Source of the DNA: an uncultured Ruminococcus sp.
Lineage (GTDB): Bacteria; Bacillota; Clostridia; Oscillospirales; Ruminococcaceae
NCBI GenBank assembly: GCA_947624295.1
Contig: CANQJV010000004.1
Location: 16,012 to 80,011, forward strand
Reading direction: 5' to 3'
Length of the DNA: 64,000 nt
Part shown: in pieces, positions 46,351 through 55,487 of the stretch
Layout of the letters: each line of letters begins with the position of its first letter
Numbering within the stretch: position 1 is the stretch's first letter
Position numbers and translations under genes: made by a program
Notes under the pieces: model-generated
Seen by the model: the letters and a program-made list of their open reading frames with translations, nothing else
Told to the model about the DNA's origin: nothing
The model's database searches: none

Positions 46351-48862
46351 ACCAACTCTCCCCTGTATTTACGTCTACTGAAAGCGGTACTTTCATTTTA
46401 TAAACGTTCATCATCTCGCTTTTCAGGAGTTCAGCGCACTTTTCAGCACAGGAAATATCCGCCTCTATGATGAGTTCATCGTGTACCTGCAAAATCAGTT
46501 TCGCCTGTAGATTTTCAGCTTTCAGACGGCGGTATACGTTAATCATAGCTATCTTTATCAGGTCTGCTGCTGTACCCTGAACAGGCGTATTCATTGCGAT
46601 TCTTTTACCGCTTGCCTGTAGTATCTTGTTTGAGGACGATAATTCGGGGATACGCCTTTTCCGCCCGAACATAGTCGATACAGTACCCGATTTTACGGCG
46701 TTCTCAACAGTATCGTCCATAAATTGCTTTACTTTGGGGTATTTAGCAAGGTAGTCCGCAATATATTTCTTCGCCTCAGCCACGCTTACGTTTATATCTT
46801 TCGAGAGGGAAAACGCTCCTATGCCGTAGATTATCCCGAAATTTACAGCTTTTGCATTGCTCCTCATCTCGTGAGTCACCATAATTGCAGGCATATCGAA
46901 TACTTGTGAGGCGGTCATCGTGTGAATATCTTCCCCTGAATTGAATGCAGCTATCATATTTTCGTCACCGCACAAATGCGCCATAACTCGCAGTTCAATC
47001 TGACTGTAGTCCGCATCTACCAGTACTTTGCCCTTTTCCGCAACGAAAAATTTCCGCATCTGTGAGCCTAACTCCGTACGTACAGGGATATTCTGCATAT
47101 TCGGTTCAGTTGACGAAATTCTGCCGGTACGGGTTTCAGTCTGCCTGAAACAAGTGTGTATCCTGCCGTCATCTGCGATTTTATCAAGCAGTCCTGCTAC
47201 ATATGTTGATTTGAGTTTAGTATACTGCCTGTACTTCAGCACGTTGTCAACCACGGGCGAATATTCCCGTAAATTCTCCAGTACTTCGGCATTTGTGGAG
47301 TAACCGCTCTTTGTTTTTTTAGCTGAGGGAAGCCCCAGTTCCTCGAACAGCACAACGCCAAGCTGTTTAGGGGAAGATATGTTGAATTCGTGCCCTACAT
47401 CGTCATATATCATCTGCTGAGTTTCTTCTATCAGTTCCGAAAGATGTACCCCGAAATCCTCAACGCCACGGCGGTTTACCTCTATGCCCGTGTGTTCCAT
47501 TGAGGCGAGTACTTCAGTCAACGGCATTTCGATGTTGTCCAACAAGTACGTCATACCCTCTTTTTCTATTTCAGCACGTAACTTTTTCTCAAGGCGGTCA
47601 AGCGAAATCAAATCAGCATATTCACCGTTTTCAGAATAGTAATGCACTCCGTATTCAGCGCACAAATGTTCTGTTGAGTAGTCCGTGGCGGAATTATTCA
47701 GCAGATAACCGCATATTGACAAGTCGCTTTTGAGGTTGACCAAGTTCACACCGTGCGCCATCGCAAAACGATAGTGAGGTTTCGCCTCGTCTGTAATTTT
47801 ATTGCACTCTGATTCGAAAAATCTGCATATCAATTCAGCAGAATCAGTTTTATAGACAAAATCCCCGTCCCTTATGAACAGATGTTCGCCGTCGAAAATA
47901 TAGCTCACATTGCTGAAACTGCTGATTACATCATCAGTTAAATCTTTTTCGCTTATCTCAACAGGCTCGTATGCCTCAGGAATTATCGCCTTTTCGGATT
48001 CAACAGCGGATATGTTCAGTTTTTCGAGGAGTTTGTACATTTCAAGTTCTGTCAGCATTTTGCTTATTTTCGCCGTGTCAGGTTCGCCTATTCTGTAATT
48101 TTCGGGCGATTTGTCAATCGGAGCGTCACGGATAATAGTTGCAAGCCACTTGCTTTCTTTAGCGGAATCCGCACCGTTGGAGAGCTTAGTTTTCACGCTT
48201 TTGGTTAAATCTGAATCAGCATATTTTGCATAGAGGTTTTCAATTGTCCCGTACTCCTTCACCAGTGCAGACGCTGTTTTTTCGCCTATACCGTTCACTC
48301 CCGAAATATTGTCGGAACTGTCGCCCATGAGTGCTTTCAGGTCAATCAGGTTAGCAGGGGGAAAACCGTAGTCCTCATTGAATTTCTGCGGAGTATAGAG
48401 TATATCGCCCTTGTTTGAGGGGAGAATAACTGTCACGTTTTCGTCAATCAGTTGCAGGCTGTCACGGTCACCCGTGAGAATATAGCACTCTATGCCGTTA
48501 TCAGTGCAGGATTTGGAGAGCGTACCTAAAATATCATCAGCTTCATAGCCTTCGCAGTCAATGATTCTAACGCCCATGAGTTTAAGTAAATCTTTTATCA
48601 AGGGGAACTGCTGAGCGAGTTCCGGAGGCATACTTTTGCGGTTAGCTTTGTAAGATGATACAGCTTTATGGCGGAATGTCGGCGCAGGCGTATCAAATGC
48701 AACAGCAACATAGTCCGGCTTGAGGTCAGCGAGATTTTTCAGATATATATTCATAAAGCCGAAGATTGCATTTGTAAACACGCCGTTTTTATTCGAGAGC
48801 AGTTTTATTCCGTAGAATGCACGGTAGAAAATGCTGTTCCCGTCAATTGCAAGAAATTTCAT
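46334..48862 (-). CDS. polA: DNA polymerase I
   Basis: DGNS..YRAFY 5'-3' exonuclease, EADD, ADYSQIELRVMAH, AKAVNFGIIYG, QVHDEL. Confidence 0.98.
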   Translation of the reverse strand: MKFLAIDGNSIFYRAFYGIKLLSNKNGVFTNAIFGFMNIYLKNLADLKPDYVAVAFDTPAPTFRHKAVSSYKANRKSMPPELAQQFPLIKDLLKLMGVRIIDCEGYEADDILGTLSKSCTDNGIECYILTGDRDSLQLIDENVTVILPSNKGDILYTPQKFNEDYGFPPANLIDLKALMGDSSDNISGVNGIGEKTASALVKEYGTIENLYAKYADSDLTKSVKTKLSNGADSAKESKWLATIIRDAPIDKSPENYRIGEPDTAKISKMLTELEMYKLLEKLNISAVESEKAIIPEAYEPVEISEKDLTDDVISSFSNVSYIFDGEHLFIRDGDFVYKTDSAELICRFFESECNKITDEAKPHYRFAMAHGVNLVNLKSDLSICGYLLNNSATDYSTEHLCAEYGVHYYSENGEYADLISLDRLEKKLRAEIEKEGMTYLLDNIEMPLTEVLASMEHTGIEVNRRGVEDFGVHLSELIEETQQMIYDDVGHEFNISSPKQLGVVLFEELGLPSAKKTKSGYSTNAEVLENLREYSPVVDNVLKYRQYTKLKSTYVAGLLDKIADDGRIHTCFRQTETRTGRISSTEPNMQNIPVRTELGSQMRKFFVAEKGKVLVDADYSQIELRVMAHLCGDENMIAAFNSGEDIHTMTASQVFDMPAIMVTHEMRSNAKAVNFGIIYGIGAFSLSKDINVSVAEAKKYIADYLAKYPKVKQFMDDTVENAVKSGTVSTMFGRKRRIPELSSSNKILQASGKRIAMNTPVQGTAADLIKIAMINVYRRLKAENLQAKLILQVHDELIIEADISCAEKCAELLKSEMMNVYKMKVPLSVDVNTGESWYDAKG

Positions 48863-48925
48863 AGAAATACTCCTTTGTAAACAGATTACTTCTATTATAC
48901 CACATTTTCAAACTAATTTCAATAT

Positions 48926-49815
48926 TTTTCAATTTTGCGCTGTAATTTTTTTTTGTGATGTAGATATTTCCGCAAATTACGCAAGTTCAGAACCTATATT
49001 TTATTTTTTTTCCTGCCCCGCATTATAATAGTAACTTGCTTTTTAGGCGGCGGAGAGCCTCCGCCGGCAATTTTGCGCTGTAGTACGTTCAGGCAGGAAG
49101 ATACCTCCGCATATTATATAAAGCAAGTGCAAAAAATGGCGTATAAGCGTATATTCAGCTATAATACGTGTTTCAGGGCGTATATTTCATACGGGGTATA
49201 CGCCACTTGATACGCCATACGCCACACCATACGCCTTGTGATACGCTGTTTTCAACGTATTATAGGGAAGTATACGCCTATACGCCATTTTTGAGAGTTG
49301 CTATATAAAATGTGCGGAAGTATCTACATCACTGAATACACTACAGCGCAAAATTGCCAGCGGAGGCTCTCCGCCGCCTATACGCCATTTTTTGAAGTTG
49401 CTATTATATATATGTTCTGAAATTTTACAATGTGCGGAAGTATCTGCTTGTCTGAACATACTACAGCGCAAAATTGCGTGCGCAGGCTCTGCGCTTGCTA
49501 TTATATTACTTTACTGAAAAAGAAAATAATACGCCGTTTTGCAGGGATACGCCATAGGATACGCCTTGTGATACGCCTTGTTTCACGTATTATAGGGAAG
49601 TATACGCCGATACGCCATTTTTGAGAGTTGCTATATAAAATGTGCGGAGGGTGCGGGTGTCCGGGGGACACCTCTGCGAAGCAGAAGCACCGACCGAGGC
49701 GACAGCCGAGAATAATCTATATCACTAAACATACTACAGCGCAAAATTGCGTGCGCAGGCTCTGCGCCGCCGATACGCCATTTTTGTGAATTGCTATATA
49801 TTTGTTTTTTCCCCG
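48926..49815. repeat. large mosaic repeat array (A modules, GGCGTAT-rich B modules, 61-nt cassette)
   Basis: Five A modules (48930+, 49068+, 49313-, 49433-, and 49643-49750- split by the cassette); 49044-49380 is an A-B-A' inverted repeat; many ATACGCC heptamers. Confidence 0.93.
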
Positions 49816-49822
49816 CACCGCC

Positions 49823-49851
49823 TTGACAGCTATACGAAAATATGTTAATAT
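49823..49851 (+). promoter_or_regulatory. sigmaA-type promoter for DUF4430/S-component/tadA
   Basis: TTGACA-17 bp-TAATAT with TG extension. Confidence 0.5.
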
Positions 49852-49882
49852 AAATAGGTAAGAATATTTTTGGAGGTATTTT

Positions 49883-50299
49883 ATGAAAGAAAAAAAAATT
49901 AACAAGAAGTTTATAGCTGTCATCGCCGTTATTGCAATACTCGCCCTTGTGTGTACAGGCTTACTGCTCCTGTACAGCAATACCCGTGACAAGCCATCTG
50001 ACGGTGCAAAGTCAATCACTCTGCAGGTCGAATCTCAGCGGGATAACTACTCATTCCGACAGACCTACTCCACAACTGAGCAGTATCTGGGCGATTTCCT
50101 CGAAAATGAAAACCTCATAGGGTTCGATACGTCACAATACGGCAGGTATATCACTTCAGTGCAGGGCTATCAGGCGAAAAGCGATGACCAATCATGGTGG
50201 AGTATTTCAGTCAACGGCGAATCAGCTCTGACAGGTGTTGATGAAATCGCTCTTGCTGACGGTGATACGTACCTCCTCGAACTGAAAACAGGCTATTAA
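49883..50299 (+). CDS. DUF4430-like membrane-anchored protein (putative cobalamin-binding ECF accessory)
   Basis: N-terminal TM; YGRYITSVQG...WWSISVNGE...GVDEIAL.DGD beta-grasp motif. Confidence 0.75.
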   Translation: MKEKKINKKFIAVIAVIAILALVCTGLLLLYSNTRDKPSDGAKSITLQVESQRDNYSFRQTYSTTEQYLGDFLENENLIGFDTSQYGRYITSVQGYQAKSDDQSWWSISVNGESALTGVDEIALADGDTYLLELKTGY

Positions 50300-50300
50300 A

Positions 50301-50831
50301 GTGAAAAAAGTGAAAAAAAAACATAGTATCGGGCTGAAACGGGTGACAAGAATCGCTCTGTCAGGAGCTTTGCTGTATGCAGGGCAGGTTGCTCTGTCAG
50401 CATTGCCCAATATCGAGATTGTCACCCTGCTTATAGTGGTCTTCACCCGTAATTTCGGCAAGGACGGCATATTGTCATGCTTTGTGTACGTGTTCCTGAC
50501 GGCAATCACATGGGGATTCGGGCTGTGGTGGTGTACGTACCTCGTGATATGGGCGTTATTTGCGGTGATAGTCTACAGATTCAGGAAAATTGACAGCTAC
50601 CTGATATGGGCAGTAATAACCGCTGTATTCGGCTTGAGTTTCGGAGCAGTATTCGCTTTGCCGTATGTGTTCATATCGCCTGCATACGCCCTGAATTACT
50701 GGATTTCGGGGATACCGTACGATGTGGCGCACTGTATCGGGAATTTTGTCATAGCACTCGCTATAGGGAAACCTCTTGACAAATCTGTGGCGAAAATAGT
50801 TGAATATACTGACAAAAAAGGCGGTGTTTGA
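50301..50831 (+). CDS. ECF transporter S component (CbrT/CblT-like, putative cobalamin)
   Basis: LSALPNIEIVTLLI, GIPYDVAHCIGN, six TMs; adjacent to the DUF4430 gene. Confidence 0.72.
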   Translation: MKKVKKKHSIGLKRVTRIALSGALLYAGQVALSALPNIEIVTLLIVVFTRNFGKDGILSCFVYVFLTAITWGFGLWWCTYLVIWALFAVIVYRFRKIDSYLIWAVITAVFGLSFGAVFALPYVFISPAYALNYWISGIPYDVAHCIGNFVIALAIGKPLDKSVAKIVEYTDKKGGV

Positions 50832-50833
50832 AT

Positions 50834-51331
50834 ATGGCTGACGAGGCTTACTATATGAAACGTGCTATTGAATTGGCAGAAATATCGGCTGATGAGGGTG
50901 AAGTACCTGTAGGTGCAGTCATCGTCCGCAAATCTGACGGGGAAATCATCGGCGAGGGCAGAAACAAGCGTGAATCAGGGAGGAATGCTCTCGCACACGC
51001 TGAACTCATAGCTATAGATAACGCCTGCCGTAAACTGAACGGCTGGAGACTGCCTGACTGCGCTCTGTACGTTACGTTAGAGCCTTGCCCTATGTGCTGC
51101 GGTGCAATTATAAACGCCCGTATTGATACGGTCTACTTCGGAGCGTACGACCTGAAAGCAGGTTCAGCGGAATCAGTACAGAAGATGTTCGCCCTGCCCT
51201 ACAATCACAAGCCCGAAGTATACGGCGGTATTTTAGAGAACGAATGTTCCCATATGCTGAAAGAATTTTTCAAAAATTTGCGGGGCAGGAAAAAAAGAAA
51301 ATATATGTCAACTCTAAAAAATGGCGTATAG
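50834..51331 (+). CDS. tadA: tRNA adenosine(34) deaminase with repeat-derived C-terminus
   Basis: GEVPVGAVIV, HAE, WRL, TLEPCPMC, FF..LR; TTG 50828 is an alternative start. Confidence 0.93.
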   Translation: MADEAYYMKRAIELAEISADEGEVPVGAVIVRKSDGEIIGEGRNKRESGRNALAHAELIAIDNACRKLNGWRLPDCALYVTLEPCPMCCGAIINARIDTVYFGAYDLKAGSAESVQKMFALPYNHKPEVYGGILENECSHMLKEFFKNLRGRKKRKYMSTLKNGV

Positions 51332-51575
51332 GCGTATACTTGCCTATATTTCGTCAAAAGTGGCGTATTGTCAGGCGTATGGCGTATCAAATGGCGTATG
51401 CCCCGTATGAAATATACGCCTTGAATAACGTATTATAGGAAAGTATACGCCTATACGCCTAAAAAGCAAATTGCTATATATTTACGTTCCAAATCTGCAC
51501 AATCCGCATGGGTATCTATATACCTGAACAGACTATAGTGCGAAACTGAAAAACTTTACTGAAAAGAAAAAATAT
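51281..51575. repeat. mosaic repeat (B module plus inverted A module) overlapping the tadA 3' end
   Basis: 51301-51480 parallels 53440-53630; 51505-51550 is an inverted A module. Confidence 0.88.
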
Positions 51576-51631
51576 TAAGGAGAGCCTTGAAAACTCTCCT
51601 TTTTTGTAAATATATTTCCCTAAATATGCGC

Positions 51632-52813
51632 CTAACGCTCAAGTACCGCCTTTACTGCGGAAGATACAATGCAGAGCAATATTACTGCCGAGAACGGGAA
51701 TATTCTGACGGAGTAAGCAAACCGCTTTATATCAGTGATTTCGGACTTGTAGAAAGATATGCCGTGTACTTTTTTCCTAATCATGTAAATCCAGTAGGTG
51801 AGCAGTCCTATACCGCCTATGATGAGTGCTATTATCATAAATGAGTTTCTTATCAGGGGCATTTTTTCGGACGAATCAGTTTCGATTATCGTCAGTGCAA
51901 ATTCATACATTTTGTAGACTATCACGACTGCTATTGACGTGAACACCGTACCGCTTGCAAGCATTCCGTACGACGAAACAAGCGACACAAGCAGTATAAC
52001 CGGCATAGCCTGCAGATTTTGCGATAAAAGCGTTGTTATGACTGAAGTGGTTACTATTGCGAATATATCCCCGAATTGCCTCAGCACTGCGAACATTGCT
52101 CCTCTGAAGAAGAGTTCGGAAATAACAGATACTATCACTATATCGAAAATTGTATAGGCGATAAATTCAGTCTGACCCCATACTGAAACATCTGTCTGAA
52201 TATTCCTGAAGTACTCATAGACTTCCTTGCTTTCGCTGGTGTAGGCTGAGGGGATACTTGTTGCGGTGCATATAATCAGTGTTGTTGAGATTGCGCCCAT
52301 AAGAGCAATAGAGTTGTTCATACTGCCCATAAACTCGACTTTTGCAGGCAATTTGAATTTACAGTGCAGGAATATTGACGGTATGAGGATTTTCAGCAAG
52401 GTCACCACGATGATAGTTATGACGATTTCCAGACTACCGCCGTAAATCACCGAACTGAAGTAATTATTATGTATATTGACACCGCATAAATCAAATACAA
52501 AAATCAGGAATCTTGAGATAATATTGTCAACAGTAATCCACATAAGCAATGCAAGACCGATATAATAAAAAATATTGACGAGTACTTTTTTTTCGGCGTA
52601 CACTGCGGAATCAGCTATAAATCCACGGTTATCAATATAGACGCTTTCTTTTTTATTTTCCGAAAAACAGAACGAAAAGGGGTTATCTTTTTTTCTGCGC
52701 CACCTTCTGAACTTTTCGTTATATTTGTCATTCTGCGTGGAATAGTCGAAATCATCGATAACATCGATAATATCATAGTTATCACGGGAATTATTTTTCA
52801 GTTTGCTATTCAT
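51632..52813 (-). CDS. CPBP/CAAX-protease-like multi-TM protein with degenerate motifs
   Basis: ~9 TMs; ISELFFRG resembles EExxxR; the expected His motifs are not visible. Confidence 0.7.
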   Translation of the reverse strand: MNSKLKNNSRDNYDIIDVIDDFDYSTQNDKYNEKFRRWRRKKDNPFSFCFSENKKESVYIDNRGFIADSAVYAEKKVLVNIFYYIGLALLMWITVDNIISRFLIFVFDLCGVNIHNNYFSSVIYGGSLEIVITIIVVTLLKILIPSIFLHCKFKLPAKVEFMGSMNNSIALMGAISTTLIICTATSIPSAYTSESKEVYEYFRNIQTDVSVWGQTEFIAYTIFDIVIVSVISELFFRGAMFAVLRQFGDIFAIVTTSVITTLLSQNLQAMPVILLVSLVSSYGMLASGTVFTSIAVVIVYKMYEFALTIIETDSSEKMPLIRNSFMIIALIIGGIGLLTYWIYMIRKKVHGISFYKSEITDIKRFAYSVRIFPFSAVILLCIVSSAVKAVLER

Positions 52814-52968
52814 TTACTCTCTCCCCAAAAAAAACTTTACCATATATATTTTAACACAAAATAATAAACTTTATGTTATTATTTAAGCAATTATTTATTA
52901 AATTTCAGTTAATATGTTATAATATATATCAAAACTTTGCAACGCTTTCTAAAATTTTAGAAATCGGC

Positions 52969-53706
52969 TGGGCAGGAAAAAAAATAAATATATAGCAACT
53001 TCAAAAAATGGCGTATAGGCGGCGGAGAGTTCTCAGCTGTCGCCTCGGTCGGTGCTTCTGCTTCGCAGAGGTGTCCCCCGGACACCCGCACCTCCGCTGG
53101 CAATTTTGCGCTGTAGTATGTTTAGTGAGGCAGATACCTCCGCATATTATATATAACAACTCAAGAAAATGGCGTATAGGCGGCGCAGAGCCTGCGCACG
53201 CAATTTTGCGCTATAGTATGTTTAGTGAGGCAGATACCTCCGCACATTTTATATAGCAACTCTCAAAAACGGCGTATAGGCGTATACTTCCCTATATTTC
53301 GTCAAATAAGGCGTATTGCAAGGCGTATGGTGTGTGTATATATGTCAACTCTCAAAAATCCCGTGCAGGCGTGCATTTGCCTATAGTACGTGCTATGGAG
53401 TGTGTGCAGACAGCGTGCGGAGTGCGTGCGGTGCGTGTTTATATAGCAAGTGTGAAAAATGGCGTATTGGCGTATACTTCCCTATAATACGTGAAACAAG
53501 GCGTATTGCAAGGCGTATCCTATGGCGTATGGCGTATCCCGTGGCGTATGCCCCGTATAAAATATACACCCTGAATAACGTATTACAGCCAAATATACGC
53601 CTATACGCCTAAAATCAAAGTTGCTATATAATTATTTCCCTGAACCCACACAATCCGCAGAGATAACTACTTCATTAAAAAAACTACAGTGCGAAACCGA
53701 AAAGTC
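52969..53706. repeat. large mosaic repeat array
   Basis: Cassette 53030-53090(-), A modules 53101+, 53201+, 53655-; B modules 53250-53330 and 53440-53630; CGTGC variant 53340-53440. Confidence 0.93.
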
Positions 53707-53735
53707 TTGAAATTTAAGTAAAAATGTGCTATAAT
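53707..53735 (+). promoter_or_regulatory. sigmaA-type promoter abutting the repeat end
   Basis: TTGAAA-17 bp-TATAAT with TG extension. Confidence 0.6.
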
Positions 53736-53765
53736 ATAGTCAGTATTCTTTACGGAGTTGGTTTA

Positions 53766-54203
53766 ATGGAATTTATTATTGTTCTCATCGTGGTGATTGT
53801 CTTGTGCAAGGTCATCGGCATAAGCAACGAAATACTTATAATGTGCGGTCTCGGTCTTATCGAACTCGCAATTATCGCAATGCTGCTGCTTTTTCTGTAC
53901 TTCTGCCTGCACCTGCTCTTCACTAAAAGCAAAAAGGCTGAATTTGTCCGCACCGCTAAGCCTGAAGGCGGTAAATTTCAAGTTGCATACTACCTTGTGG
54001 ACGGCGTGGAATACCCCTGTATCTTCCCACGTGAATCGGGTTTAGCCTACAAAATCAATAAGCAGTGTACAGTGCGCTACAGTAAAAGATTAAACAAAGT
54101 CTACGACATATGGTCAATGCTGACTTGTATCATAGGGCTTGCTTTCAGCATTATGGCAGTGTATTTTTCACTGAAAGTGCTTTCTATGGTGGCAATTTAC
54201 TAA
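53766..54203 (+). CDS. hypothetical membrane protein
   Basis: Two N-terminal TMs, one C-terminal TM; start moved to ATG 53766 behind GGAG. Confidence 0.7.
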   Translation: MEFIIVLIVVIVLCKVIGISNEILIMCGLGLIELAIIAMLLLFLYFCLHLLFTKSKKAEFVRTAKPEGGKFQVAYYLVDGVEYPCIFPRESGLAYKINKQCTVRYSKRLNKVYDIWSMLTCIIGLAFSIMAVYFSLKVLSMVAIY

Positions 54204-54220
54204 AGAGGTGATATAATTTT

Positions 54221-54571
54221 ATGGAAGAAATTCTTAATGACGACTGCAATGTCAATCAGGACATAATCAACAAAATAGCTGAAGTAATGCCCGATGAATC
54301 TGTATTATATGACGTTTCCGAACTCCTGAAAGTTTTCGGCGATACAACAAGAATCCGCATTATATTTGTTCTGAGCCGGAGCGAAATGTGCGTGTGTGAT
54401 ATAGCTAATCTTCTCGGCTTGACACAATCGGCTACATCTCATCAGCTCCGAGTGCTGAAACAGGCTCGTCTTGTGAAAGCACGCAGGAACGGTAAAACTA
54501 TATTCTATTCGCTATGCGATGACCACGTCCAGAAAATCCTGAATTGCGCTATGGAACACGTCAAGGAGTAA
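54221..54571 (+). CDS. ArsR/SmtB-family metal-responsive repressor
   Basis: KVFGDTTRIRI, EMCVCDIA, SATSHQLRVL, YSLCDDHV...EH. Confidence 0.92.
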   Translation: MEEILNDDCNVNQDIINKIAEVMPDESVLYDVSELLKVFGDTTRIRIIFVLSRSEMCVCDIANLLGLTQSATSHQLRVLKQARLVKARRNGKTIFYSLCDDHVQKILNCAMEHVKE

Positions 54572-54572
54572 T

Positions 54573-55487
54573 ATGACTATGCGCTACTTTGATTTTCATA
54601 CGCACGCATTCACGGACACACTTGCCGAGCGTGCTATGTCTTCCCTGAAACGTACGGCTGAAATGTCCAATATTGCGGAAATAAAAGCTTTTTCGGTTTC
54701 GCACTATAGTATTTTCAGGCAGGAAGATACCTCTGCGCATTGTATAAAGCGATTGCACGGATTTGGCTCAGTTATACCCTGCACGGACGGTACAGTCAGC
54801 AGTCTGCTTGACGTTATGGCTGTATGCAATGTAAATAAATCCCTGATATTGCCCATAGCAACCAAACCTTCCCAACAAGTCACGATAAATAACTGGGTGT
54901 CAGGTATCGTCAGCGAAAATATATGCGCTTGTGGTACGGTACACCCTGATTCGGGCGATATTCTGACGGAACTCGAAAGAATAAAGTCGCTTGGTCTCGC
55001 CGGAGTGAAATTCCACCCTGAATATCAGCGATTCCGTCCTGACGAAGAACGAATGTTCCCAATTTACGAAAAAATCGCTGAACTTGGTATGTTTGTGATA
55101 TTCCACGGAGGCTATGACCCTGCCAGTACAGGGGAAATCCTCGCAACTCCTGAGAGTTTCGCCAATATAGCGAGGCTTTTCCCCGGACTGACTATTGTTG
55201 TGGCACATATGGGCGGAATGCTGTTATTTGACGATGTGGAGAAATATCTTGCGGGGAAATTCAGAAACGTGTGGTTTGATACGGCAATGCTCTCGGGGTA
55301 TATTGACAGAGAACAGATGTTCAGGATAATGAAAACTCACGGTATAGACAGGATACTTTTCGGGAGCGACGCACCATGGGATAATCCGCAGAATGAAATT
55401 GATTTAATTAACTCGCTCCCACTCGAATACAGCGAAAAAGAAGAAATTTTCTACAAAAATGCAGAAAGGCTGATAAGCAATGAATGA
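54573..55487 (+). CDS. amidohydrolase-family (Amidohydro_2) metalloenzyme with an in-frame repeat insertion
   Basis: DFHTH, GVKFHP, FHGG, VAHMGG, FDTA, ILFGSDAPW. Confidence 0.88.
   Translation: MTMRYFDFHTHAFTDTLAERAMSSLKRTAEMSNIAEIKAFSVSHYSIFRQEDTSAHCIKRLHGFGSVIPCTDGTVSSLLDVMAVCNVNKSLILPIATKPSQQVTINNWVSGIVSENICACGTVHPDSGDILTELERIKSLGLAGVKFHPEYQRFRPDEERMFPIYEKIAELGMFVIFHGGYDPASTGEILATPESFANIARLFPGLTIVVAHMGGMLLFDDVEKYLAGKFRNVWFDTAMLSGYIDREQMFRIMKTHGIDRILFGSDAPWDNPQNEIDLINSLPLEYSEKEEIFYKNAERLISNE
54689..54767 (+). repeat. A-module repeat inside a CDS (codons ~40-65)
   Basis: ttttcggtttcgcactatagtattttcaggcaggaagatacctctgcgcattgtataaagc matches 49068-49124 and the reverse complement of 53651-53704. 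Confidence 0.85.

Noticed and set aside
48926-49815. Possible CRISPR array
   Set aside because: Repeats are in mixed orientations, degenerate and irregularly spaced, the intervening sequences are themselves repeats, and there are no cas genes in the window.
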